A DNA stretch of 64,000 nucleotides from Flectonema sp. DT1601 (lineage: Eukaryota), in assembly GCA_964019425.1 (NCBI GenBank), contig OZ025795.1, positions 310,001 through 374,000 on the forward strand. Direction: 5' to 3'. Position numbers and translations under genes: made by a program. Positions 20,301 to 31,337 of this stretch are shown piece by piece (the first letter of the stretch is position 1; each line of letters begins with the position of its first letter). Under the pieces are notes generated by a model that did no database searches, had not been told where the DNA came from, and worked only from the letters and a program-made list of their open reading frames with translations.

Positions 20301-21086
20301 TTTTCGTGTTTTATAACAATTAGCGTTCTAGATTTAGTTCTGTGAGTACTGCTGTTTACAACAGCTTGTAATTCTCCAGTCTTGTCTTGTTCGACGATAA
20401 TTCTATTTCTTGCTAAATTTTCTTGTACCAATGCTACCTTTTCTACTCCCTTGACAATGAAATAACCACCAGGATCGAGAGGACATTCTTGTAGACGTGC
20501 TAGTTCTTCAGGGCTTTTTCCGTGAAGATGACACCTCGCGCTTCTCAACATTATTGGAATCTTACCAATCGTGACTCCCTTACGACGTACCAGAGCAACA
20601 CCTGCTGCAGTTCGGTGAGTGTATTCGATGTTTACTTTAATATTACCGCTGTATGTGAGATCCCGAAGTCGACATTGATTAGGAGTTAGTTCATTGTGTC
20701 TTGACTTGTCCATGCTTTGTCTTGGTTGAGGATCCTCAGGATATTCAACATAGATATCATGGTATCTCAAATAGATTTCTGGGTCAACTGTTACTATTTC
20801 TCTGTTTGCGTTCATTATTTCCGTCATGTCTTTTTCAATCTGTTTTTTTTTTTTTTCTTTTTTTGTAGAACAATACGATTTTTTCTACAAAAATAACACA
20901 TACCAAGAAATTAAATGAATCAACGTGTTGTCTGACGAATCCTTTGACTTTAAGAAAGGCTGGTAATAATTTCCATTTTTCCTCGACAGTTGAAACACCG
21001 TTAGCTAGTATCTCATCATTGTACAAGTCACCTGCCTCATCTCTAGGAAGGACTCGCTGTGCGAGTTTAATGACGTCCTCCGACAT
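17347..21086 (-). CDS. RPC2: RNA polymerase III second-largest subunit; exons 21086-20904, 20839-18445, 18242-17347 (1157 aa)
   Basis: [72 protein letters not shown] and a C-terminal Zn ribbon. Two GTATGT..CAG introns keep frame. Confidence 0.95.
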
Positions 21087-21489
21087 TTTGACCAAATCTG
21101 AAGAAGAAAATAGAACCATTAAAAGAAGAGAAAAAAGTCAAAAAAAAAAAGAAAGTTAACATCAAATAGTTAGTGTCTAGCAGCGATAAGTCATCCAACA
21201 AGTACAACAAATAAGTCAAAAAAAATTTCAATTTAATTTAAAAAAAATTGTAAGGACTCAAACAAAGAATCGTTGCGTTTCGAGCCAAAATTAAAAAAGC
21301 TTTCTTCAGACCATTCCCCTTTCCCAACCCTCTTCAGCAAAGGAAAGCAAGGCCTCGTGTTTGCCCTTCTCAGCAAATAGTTGTTAGTTAGTTAAATATA
21401 AATATGGTTTCAAAGTCAACTAATATAACAATTAGTAATTTATGATACAGATCAGAAGGAGTAGAGATGAGAGTAATAAATAAAAGAAA

Positions 21490-22325
21490 TTTTCTATTCC
21501 AAATATAAAACCTTTCAATCACACGTGTCTACGAAAAAAATTAAAAAAGAAAACCCGGATTGGACCGCTCACCCCTAATTGTCCCAAGCGAGCATCACGA
21601 ATAACCATACCAATCTGTGAGGAACAAATCAAAAGTAAGTTAGAATATGAGTAAGTTAGCCAGGTCTTAGCTGTCGGGACCTACTAAGTTGGTTGGTAGT
21701 CTCTGAGAACACAATTGGGAAATGAAACAAGAAAAAAGAAATAAAAAAGTATATACGTTGGTTGTTAATAGTCATAAGAAAAACACCAAAAAAAAAAGGA
21801 TGACCTGTCCCAAGCTACATTTCAATTACTCTTTCACCTGACAAAACAACAATCTCAACCGGAGACGCGATACCAGCAGTAGTGTACGCATGATCTTCGA
21901 TTGTCGTCTATCTGACAAGGCAGGAGATAATTGTTTGACTTTATAAAACAACTGTAACACATGCAAGCCCCCCTCCAAGAGGTTATCATTCTCTTATCGA
22001 TTCCTCGATGTGGGAGTGTCATTCACCCACACACCGCTTTGCCAATTTTTTTGAAAAAATGCGAAAAAAAACTGAAAAGTATGAAAGATCAATAAAATAA
22101 AAGTATATTTTCGATTCCATATATAAAACCGTTCTTAATGAAATAATCACACGTCTAATGCCGCCGTACCACGAAAATAAAAAAAAATCCTGAACATGAC
22201 CAGGACAGACTGTTCACCCTAACTGTTTCAAGCATTAACATCGAAAGGGGCTACCGAAGACCTTAAAAAAATAGTACTAAAATCGAGCAACACAAATCAG
22301 TTTTAGGTTCAGCTGCTCTGGACCT
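21490..22325. repeat. Diverged direct duplication of ~200 bp (about 21490-21685 and 22108-22325)
   Basis: Collinear shared blocks tttc.attcca.atataaaacc, aatcacacgt, acgaaaa.aa, gac.g.tcacc.ctaa.tgt..caagc, acaaatca and aggt...agctg...ggacct. Confidence 0.55.
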
Positions 22326-22364
22326 TTATATATTTTGGGCTATAACCCATAATAAATGAAAACA

Positions 22365-24110
22365 CTAACAGGTGGTTGCACCTTGCGAGGCATCTAGAAC
22401 AGTGTTGGCGTATTTTCGAAGGATGCCAGTACCTGCCTTGGAAGGTGGGGGGTTCCACGATTTCAATCTCTCAGCTAAGATTTCCTCAGAAACATTAATA
22501 TGAAGACCCTTATTCTTAATATCGATGGTTACTTCATCTCCAGTTTTAATAAGTGCTATTGGACCACCCTTTGAGGCTTCTGGAACCACATGTCCAATCA
22601 TAATACCGTGAGATGCTCCACTGAAACGACCGTCTGTTATAAGAGGGCATTCAGCACCAAGACCACGACCGATAAGTGCAGCACCTGGTGAAAGCATTTC
22701 AGGCATTCCAGGAGCTCCATGTGGTCCTTCGTATCTGATTACGATTGCTTCACCTGGTTGGAGTACACCGTCAACAACACAATTATAGGCATCCATTTCA
22801 TTGTCACATACTCTTGCTTTACCTTTCCAGATATCAATTTGTTTACCGCTAAGTTTTATAACTGATCCACCAGGAGCTAATGAACCTTTTAAAATTAAGA
22901 TGTGATTACCAGCAGGTGAAACAGGTTTGCTAATCGGAAAGATAATATCCTGTCCTTCGGGAAGGTCAGAACTTACATTTTGAAGGTTTTCAGAAATAGT
23001 CTTACCAGTGACAGTAAGACAAGAACCATCAATCAAACCGTTAGCAAGCAAGTGTTTCATTACAACTGGAAGACCACCAATCGCGTGAAGATCAACGACG
23101 TTGTACTTACCAGCGGGAGTAAGATTCGAAATAAGCGGAACCTTCTCAGCGATCGTATTGAAATCATCAACCGCAAGAGGAACACCAGCCTCATGAGCAA
23201 TCGCTAACAGATGCAAGACTCCATTTGTTGATCCTCCGAGAGCCATCATGACTACCATTGCATTCTCAAATGCTTTCCTTGTCATAATATCTCTTACTCT
23301 AATATTCTTCTTTAGGAGTTGAAGTAATGCAGCAGCAGTGTCTTTACAGTTCTGTTTCACTTCCGGATGAATATTATTATCTTCATCAACAGCTGGACAT
23401 GTAGATGTTCCTGGTAGAGCCATTCCTAGTGCCTCAATACATGTAGACATTGTGTTTGCTGTGAACATACCAGAGCATGTTCCAGATCCAGGACAGGAAT
23501 TCTTCTCAATAGCATGAAGCTCTTCAAGGTCGATAAGACCGGCTGAGTATGAACCTTGGGCTTCGTAGGCACTTCCAGGAGTCAGTCTGACGTCAGGTTT
23601 ATTCGGATGTTTTCCCGACTTTGCTGTTCCAGGATAAAGTGTAATACCAATAGCATTAGTTCTAGCAAGAGGCATGAGTGCAGCAGGGTTGGTTTTATCA
23701 CAACCACCGAATGTCATGACTGCATCAGTTCTGTAAGCATCAGTCATTAGTTCAATACAGTCAGCTATGAGATCTCTACTGACGAGAGACATTCTCATTC
23801 CATCAGAACCCATAGTCTGGCCATCTGATACAACAGGAGTGTGATTAGCGAATGGTTTTAGTCCCAACTCATCACAACTAGCAGACGCTATTTTAACTAA
23901 CTCTTCACACTTCTGATTGCACATGTTCTGAGACATGTATGGCGCTGACACTGTTACTGTCGCTTTTTCGAAATCTCCGATCTTATAACCTGCTGCATAC
24001 AGCTGTGCTCTTGCTCCGCTCCTTGAAGTCCACTGTTTTGAATCTTCCTCACGAGGCTTACCCATCAGTTCCCATGATCGGTTTTTAAGATCTCTGGTAT
24101 TCTCAGTCAT
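22365..24110 (-). CDS. ilvD: Dihydroxy-acid dehydratase (IlvD/Edd family)
   Basis: MCN, GCDKT and [11 protein letters not shown]e-S motifs; [59 protein letters not shown] at 24110. Confidence 0.95.
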   Translation of the reverse strand: MTENTRDLKNRSWELMGKPREEDSKQWTSRSGARAQLYAAGYKIGDFEKATVTVSAPYMSQNMCNQKCEELVKIASASCDELGLKPFANHTPVVSDGQTMGSDGMRMSLVSRDLIADCIELMTDAYRTDAVMTFGGCDKTNPAALMPLARTNAIGITLYPGTAKSGKHPNKPDVRLTPGSAYEAQGSYSAGLIDLEELHAIEKNSCPGSGTCSGMFTANTMSTCIEALGMALPGTSTCPAVDEDNNIHPEVKQNCKDTAAALLQLLKKNIRVRDIMTRKAFENAMVVMMALGGSTNGVLHLLAIAHEAGVPLAVDDFNTIAEKVPLISNLTPAGKYNVVDLHAIGGLPVVMKHLLANGLIDGSCLTVTGKTISENLQNVSSDLPEGQDIIFPISKPVSPAGNHILILKGSLAPGGSVIKLSGKQIDIWKGKARVCDNEMDAYNCVVDGVLQPGEAIVIRYEGPHGAPGMPEMLSPGAALIGRGLGAECPLITDGRFSGASHGIMIGHVVPEASKGGPIALIKTGDEVTIDIKNKGLHINVSEEILAERLKSWNPPPSKAGTGILRKYANTVLDASQGATTC

Positions 24111-24869
24111 TGTTTGTGGTATGTGAACTGTGCTCTGATAGCTCTTCACTAATGCGATCACTGTAAAAGAAGTTGACAGTTAAAATTCCAAATAAATAAA
24201 AAAAACAAATAGTGGTTAACGATATAACTTTCTATGAATATCTATTCTTCGGTTTTTCACTACAATTATTCTAAGGAAGAACTACAACAATAATAAGATA
24301 AAGCGGTGCTTATATTAGGCGTTTTCTTTTTTTTTCAACTCATTCAAACAAAATGCACACAAGCCTTTCACAGCCATACTACATTTCATGTCTGAACCAC
24401 TCCACACAGGTTCCTATCTGTGGTAAGAAGCTTTTTATACTTTTTTTTCTTCTTTAGATTTAAGCTCCTGTAGGTTTTTTGAGTATATCCAACGCCCACA
24501 AAGGGAAGGGGAAGGTTTTTTTTTTTTTATTAAAAAAAAAAAAGAATTCTATAACGACAGGAACTAAAAAAAATATTTATTTCTGAACACGCACACCGAG
24601 GTTAACAAGTTGTAATGAAAAATGCTGTATTGCGAACATGCTGTAACTGCATGTACCGTTGCTTGTATAACCTTAGAGTATGCCCACCTTATAATAATAC
24701 GATAAGCGGACGGGTTGGGGGGGGGGGAGAGAGAACAGAATTGAAAGGGAAAATAATAAAACTACAAACAGTAATAAAAAATTCTAATAACAGCAATAAA
24801 GAAAAATAATAAAAAAAAAAAGAGATAACAACGGGGGGAACTTGTGTATAATATTTTATTTATCATTAA

Positions 24870-27800
24870 TTATGGCATCCCGGGGATGTATGAACGAGCT
24901 GCAAGAAGACTTCTACCCGACCTCGGTGGTGATCTTCCGGCTCTCAGAGGTGAGTTCCTCGCACTTACACTAGTCAAAGTAGCGAGTCTGCTTTGATAAG
25001 GAACTCTGGACATAGTTCCAGTTGGTGTGACTGGAGCTGAGCCAAGACCACTGTCTCTAATCCTTTCGGGAGTGTTTCTCGCCATTGGTGGAATCAATTC
25101 CTGTTTGTGTGTTGTTAAAGTAACTCGCACACTACAACAACAAATACAACTCAACAATATCATACCTCTCTCTTCAATGGAGAGAATGGACGTGTTGATC
25201 CAATCATTGAAGCGCTGACACGTTTAGCGGTAATGAGAGAGTCTTTTGATCCTGTTTGTGTTTTAACTGTTTTAAGAATTCAATAAATAATAAACTTAAC
25301 TAACTGTGACAGTGATGATAACAAACCTGGTGAAGGAGTTCTATCTCTTCGTGGTGATAGGCCAATCTTAATCCCTGAACCTGATCTCTGCCACGTTGAT
25401 GAAACAGCTGACGCTCGAGGTGTCATGACGGAGGAGGGTGTTGCGCCAGTTCTAATTTGACGAAGTTCGTCTTCAAGAAGAGCAGCTTTTCCCTTTTCAT
25501 CTTCAGTCGCCTCAGTCATTACTTGAAGTCGGCCATCAAGTCTAGCGAGGTTTGTTCTCAGTCTAATGACTTCATTATTTTTAGTAGCCAATTCAGTCAT
25601 TGCTGCTTCAGCATCCTGAGCCTTTCTTGAAAGCTCTCTACGGAGATCATTAGCTTCACGATCCTTCTCATTAAGAAGTGCTTCCAGGTCTGAAGTGCGA
25701 GCAGAAAGGTCTCTTACGGTAGCAACGTGGCCGTCTGATTGTTTTCCAGTGACGTCAATTGCTTCTCTTAGGCGTAGTAATTCTGCCTCTTTGTGTTCAA
25801 GGATTGCAGGAAGGTGTGATAGCTGCCTCAGTTTATTTACTTCCTCTTGAACAGCTGCTGCCTGTTCACGTGCACCCGTCATTTCTTCTTTTGCGCGGAT
25901 GAGAGTGATGCTATTTTCACTCGCTTGTCTTTCTGCGGTGTCCCTGGATATTTCTAAGGCACCAGTTCTCTCTCTGTAGCTGTTCAGCTCTCTTTCCATA
26001 ATTGATGCTTCATTTAGTGATGCGTCGACTTGTTTACGAAGTGCTTCCTTTTCACTCTCTTGAGCATTGCACTTCATCTGAGACTGTCTGTAAGCTTCAT
26101 CCATAGCGTCAATGCGACCTTCGAATCGAGCGATTGATCCTTTCATTCGAATACCTTCCTGAGCCTTTTCAGTTACCTGACACTCGAGATCATCTCTAAT
26201 TCTGATAATGTTTTGCATTTCAATCGAAAGTTCGTTTATTTTCATCTGAAGCTCATCACACGAAACTTCTTTCTCAGACACTCGCTGTTGAAGTGTTTGT
26301 GAAGATCTCGCGTAGTTCTGTGCCTCGTCTTCTGCCCTTGAAAGTGATTGCCTCAAACGAACTAATTCAGCTTCTTGAGTTTCAATTACTGATGGCAGGT
26401 TCTCGAGACGACGTACTTGAGTTTCAAGTCTGATCATTTGATCTTTCAGAAATGAGTTCTTCTCTTTCAAAGAAAGGATGTCTTCATCCTTAGCAGCAAG
26501 TCTTCCTTCAAGACGAGATATTTCTAAAGCTGCGGTACCAGTGGCGTTCTTCTCATCGTCTAGTTGTTGTTGAAGACTTCGAATATCACGCATACGATCT
26601 CCAATAGTCTGAGCCTGTTGTTGACATTTATCATCGAGTGTCTGTAGTTGGAGATGTTTGTCTTCGAGTGCTCGCTGAAGATTTTCGATTTCTTGTTCGC
26701 GTTTGTTGGTTGCGTCGTGAAGTACTTGGACTTCATCTCTTGAGATTCTTAACTCTTCTCTGTACTCGGCGTTCTTTTGTTGTAATCTACCAACTTGTGC
26801 TGATAAAGAAATACGTTCTTGTTCCAATACATCTGTTGCGTTCTGAGCATCTTCCTTCTCTCCTTGAAGCTTTACAATAACTGCACCCCACTCAGATAAT
26901 TCTCTTCTCTGTTCAGCTAGTCTGGCTTGAAACTGTGCACTTTGCGCTTCGCTGTCTCGGAGTTGTGCCTGAGCATCAGCGCGTAAATCTTCTGCTGTCG
27001 CTACCCTCCCTTCAAGTTGAGCGATCTTCCCCCTCGCTGCTGATAAATCAGCCTTAGCAGCTGATGACTGCCTTCGACTTTCTTCCAAGTCAGCTCTGGT
27101 TTGCTCTCTCAACATGTTTGACTCCTCTCTGATTCGAAGTATTTCAGTGTGAGAGTCATCGAGGTCAACATTCAACTTCTCAACCTGCTGCATGAAGGCG
27201 GTGCGTTCTCTGCTGAGTTCATCACAGCGGGAAGTACGCTCGCTGAGATCTTTCTCTTGACCAGCAAGCTTTGCTTCAGTGTAAGAGATGTGCTCAAGTC
27301 TTTCTTGAAGTTGTTTCTCAAGACTGCGAATACCAGCTTCGTGTTCACCTACTTGTGATGATTGATGTCTTCCTCTTTCACGAAGTTCTTCAATCTCATC
27401 TTCCTTACCGTGAATAGCTCTTTGAAGTCTTTCTAATTCACAGACTCTGTCTTCCAGTTGGCGGGTTAGGTCGTCGGACTTTCTCTGAGAGTCGTCGTGT
27501 TTGTTACACCAGCCGTCAATTTCTGACTCCAGTTGTCTTCTGATTTGTTCGCTGGAATTTATTCTTTCGCTCAAGGTTTGAGTTTGTAATCCACTTTCAG
27601 AAAGCTGTCTACGAAGACGGCCGAGTTCTTCCTGTCCATGAAGGGCCTCAACTCCCTGTTGTTTAGCTCTTTCTTGAAGAGTGAGAAGTTCACGTTCTCG
27701 TTCTTGAAGTATTACTTCGAGTTCACTGGATCTGACTCTGAGGGAACGAAGTTCTACTTGTGAATCTTCATTCTGTTGAGTAGCAGTACTCGCTACTCTC

Positions 27801-28357
27801 TGAAGTTGAGTTTCTCTCGAGATCAGATCATCATTTGATCGACGTTGTTGTTCCTGAGATCTTGCCAACTCATCAGTTAGCTGAGCTTGAACTCGTCGAA
27901 GGTCTTCTAATGCTCGTTCAGCAGCATCACATCTTTCAATTGAGAGATCCATATCTTGTTTTACTCTACTCGAACGAACTCGTTCTTCATCAAGTTCTTG
28001 CTGAAGCTTTGATGTGACTCCAGTGTATTTCAGTTGAACTCTGTCTCCATCATCAGCTGATCTTCTGGCATCTGCAACTTCCTTTTTCAGAGTCTGGACA
28101 GCAACAGCTAGTGATCTATTCTCTTCATCTTTATCCCTCAATTGATTCTTGTATAGTTGTAATGTGTGTGCGTGTCCTGAAATTGTGTCTTGCAAAGTTC
28201 CTACGTTCGATCTCAACGATTGAATTTCTCCTTTCGATTCATTCACAGCCAACTGTAGTAGCTCTGCTTTTCCCTTTGCTGCAGTGCTTGAGATGGAGAT
28301 GGGTGATCCCGCTAATGCATTTATTGGTGATTTACCATACGAGTCGTATGTCGACAT
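24870..28357 (-). CDS. Large coiled-coil protein (1115 aa) with SP/TP-rich tail; exons 28357-25327, 25251-25166, 25100-24870
   Basis: ~950 aa of E/Q/R/L heptads. Introns 25252-25326 (GTTTGT..AAACAG) and 25101-25165 (GTATGA..AAACAG) join three segments in frame. Confidence 0.8.
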
Positions 28358-28426
28358 CTTGCTGTCTGAGAGATGTAAAATAAATTGATAAAGAGTGATA
28401 CAAAAACTACAAAGATACATCTCCTA

Positions 28427-29545
28427 CTATTGTATGTACTTGCCTGTTGCCTTGGAATAATATTTTTTGCAATAGCCGTCGATTCGGAGGTTCTTCTTCT
28501 TTGCGTATTCAAGCAGGCTGTCAGCTGCGGGAGCATCTCTCAACAGTGAGTACAACTCCATCATCACTGTGAGTATTCTGGTTGATGTAATGCAATCACG
28601 TTTCTTAGCATCTTCAAATGCTTCTGTTGCAGCGACGGCATATTTATTGTCAGATGTGAATTTCAAAGCATCACAATGTGACTTTATAAGAGCACCATAC
28701 GCAATGCTATTCGGTTCGATGTTATCAGCAATCATTTCTTCCCATATCTCTGCTACTCTTTCATGAAGACCTGCAGCTTTAAACACTGTTAAGTACCCAG
28801 TCCATTCTTTAACAGATAATTTCATATTCTTATTGAGTTTTAGTTCTGTCATTAGTCTGTCAGCTTCGTCAGTATCAAGTGTTTTTGAACACACTTTGAA
28901 TAGAGAACCGTATGAAACAATGTCCAGTTCGAATCCCTCATCCTTCATTTCTTGCAGAATTGGCCGTGCGTCGTCCATGTCATCGCAAGCTGCTAAGAGC
29001 ATGTTGTAGACTGGTGTGGTTAGATGAGAACCTTGTTTTTTAAATGTTGCTGCTGCATGGAGGGCGGAATCCAATTGATTTCGTTTGCAGAGACCGTGAA
29101 CGACTGATGCGACCATGCCTCCGCTTATAGGAGTGTCGGGGTGGGATAATCTAAGTTTGTCCCATGTGGAAAAGAACTTTTTACCATCGTGATCAGTTTT
29201 ATCATGAGAACAAGCGAACAGTAGGCTGACGTACACACTAGGACCAGGAACCTTTCCGCTGTCGACCATATCATCGAATAGTTGCTGAGCTACCTTAGAG
29301 TTTCCATAACCAGCTACGGCTGATATCGCTATTGAGTAAGCCTTGTCTCCTAGATCCCATCCTTCACTCTTTAGCAATTCCATTTCTTTTACCATCTGTG
29401 TTGCGACATATTCACCTTGTAACTCATCACCATCACGTCTACCTCGATTGCTTTGAGGTTTTAAATTTTGAAGCCACAATCCAGCCAAGGCGTCTGTCAT
29501 TCGACGACGTTGGAACCGAACCATCGAATTTGTTAGTAAAAACAT
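28427..29545 (-). CDS. Pentatricopeptide repeat (PPR) protein, probably mitochondrial
   Basis: 35-aa repeats such as AYSIAISAVAGYGNSKVAQQLFDDMVDSGKVPG, VYNMLLAAC, DIVSYGSLFKVC and IEPNSIAYGALIKSHC; basic N-terminus. Confidence 0.88.
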   Translation of the reverse strand: MFLLTNSMVRFQRRRMTDALAGLWLQNLKPQSNRGRRDGDELQGEYVATQMVKEMELLKSEGWDLGDKAYSIAISAVAGYGNSKVAQQLFDDMVDSGKVPGPSVYVSLLFACSHDKTDHDGKKFFSTWDKLRLSHPDTPISGGMVASVVHGLCKRNQLDSALHAAATFKKQGSHLTTPVYNMLLAACDDMDDARPILQEMKDEGFELDIVSYGSLFKVCSKTLDTDEADRLMTELKLNKNMKLSVKEWTGYLTVFKAAGLHERVAEIWEEMIADNIEPNSIAYGALIKSHCDALKFTSDNKYAVAATEAFEDAKKRDCITSTRILTVMMELYSLLRDAPAADSLLEYAKKKNLRIDGYCKKYYSKATGKYIQ

Positions 29546-30369
29546 AGTGTGCGAAATCTATAATCACATCAGTGTTTTATCGTTTTTAGATTTTCCTGGA
29601 AGAAATAATAATTACATGGGTCTTAAAAAACATTTTATCTGCGATGCGTTCAGCAATAATCCTGTTGTTTTGTTTTCTTTTTTTTTTTTTTTTTCTTCTT
29701 CATTTTTCTTTTATTTTTTTTTGTTTTTTCCTTCTGTTAAGCCTTATTCGCAACTCAAAAAAAAAAAAAAAAAAAGAACAAATCTCGCTGAACCGGACCC
29801 CACAAATAGTCAGGGTTTTTAATATACAGTTTGAATCTCGTGGCATTCCTTTGATAAAGATGACTTGACGAGATCAGTAGTGAGCATAATGTTCTGAGAA
29901 GGGAAGGATCGTATGTCCTGCGAGAAATTTACCTTTTATTTTTTTATTTTTTTTATTTTTTTTTTCACTCGCGGTAACACACGCGGCAAAGACAACGAAG
30001 AATATCGTAAAAAAGAGTGGACTTTTAAAAAAAAAATAAAAATAAAAGAGGAACGGCAGCTATACCACGCCCAATTTAAAAAAAATTTAAAAAAAATCAA
30101 AAAAAAAAAAAAAAAAAAAGAAGTCTTGGTTCAACATAATTTTTTAAAGAGAGGAAATCAAAGGAGTATAGCGCAAGGATTTATTTTTCTTTTTTTTTTT
30201 ATTGAACAGTATTTGCTTTTTTTTGAAAGCCAACTACTGTGCTCCAAGAAGCTACCCGAATGATTTCTTTTAATCGAACACCCGGAAAGGTTGTTTGAAA
30301 AGTAGGGAGCGGATTCCTCAGCAACCACTTGTGGTGGCTGACTTACGGAAACAAAACATCAACTGCAAA

Positions 30370-30405
<36 letters not shown>

Positions 30406-31337
30406 TTCAGTTTTGCCACCAATTTAAAAATAAAGGAAAAAAATCAGGTCGTTTGTTCAGCCGTCACGCGAGCAACTGACTGAGACCGATAAAAACAAAA
30501 TGAAAACCCCTAAAGGTGAATATTTTTTCACCGATGAGGTAATAAAAGGAGTGAAAGGGAATAGTAATGACACAATAGTATTATATTAAGATTATGAGTT
30601 TTTTTCTTTTTTTTTTTTTTAATTTTTTTTTTTTTTTTTGTATATTTCTGATTTAGCACCAGCGTCACATCACAGAAACCTGTACCCCCAAAAAACTGTT
30701 TCACGGAACAACAGTGGGTAAAAATATTTGTAGTTTCGTTTTTTTTTTTTTTTTTTTTTTTTCGTTCATGTCCTACTTCAAAGGAAAAAAAAAAAACAAG
30801 CAACAACCAGCAATACAACGCAGAATCATTGCCATGATAAACTATGAAAACATTCACGAGATTTGTCTTCTAAATAAAAACATCACACTCTCAGAATCTC
30901 AACAACAAATGCATCTTCGTTATAATGACACTACAGTAATCAATGTCATCCGTCAATAAGTTTTTCAGATTAACATTTTACTATAACGGTAATCCTTACG
31001 TTGTAGATGGTCGATTGTTTCTTGTTTAGTTTTTTTTCTTTTTCCACTTCGTTTTTTTTTTTTTTTTTAAATTCTCATTATTACTATTATAAACACACCC
31101 TTCACCTGGCAGCAATTGCAAACACACGACTTCTCATCTTCATGGTTTCTCGTCCATTATAAAAATAATAACGAGTTTACACTGAAAATTGATAACGCGT
31201 GGCAGGTTCAAGAGAGAGGGAATAATAAATCGTTTAGTTGTCATCTCGGCAGAGGTCTCACGCCCCGGGATTAAAAGATCCGGGTATGCGAACGAGTGTA
31301 ACTCCACAAGACCGAGGTAGTTAGAATGGTTTTAGAT

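Noticed and set aside
29547..30959. Several 60-116 aa ORFs rich in Lys and Phe
   Set aside because: Translations of poly-A/poly-T intergenic tracts.
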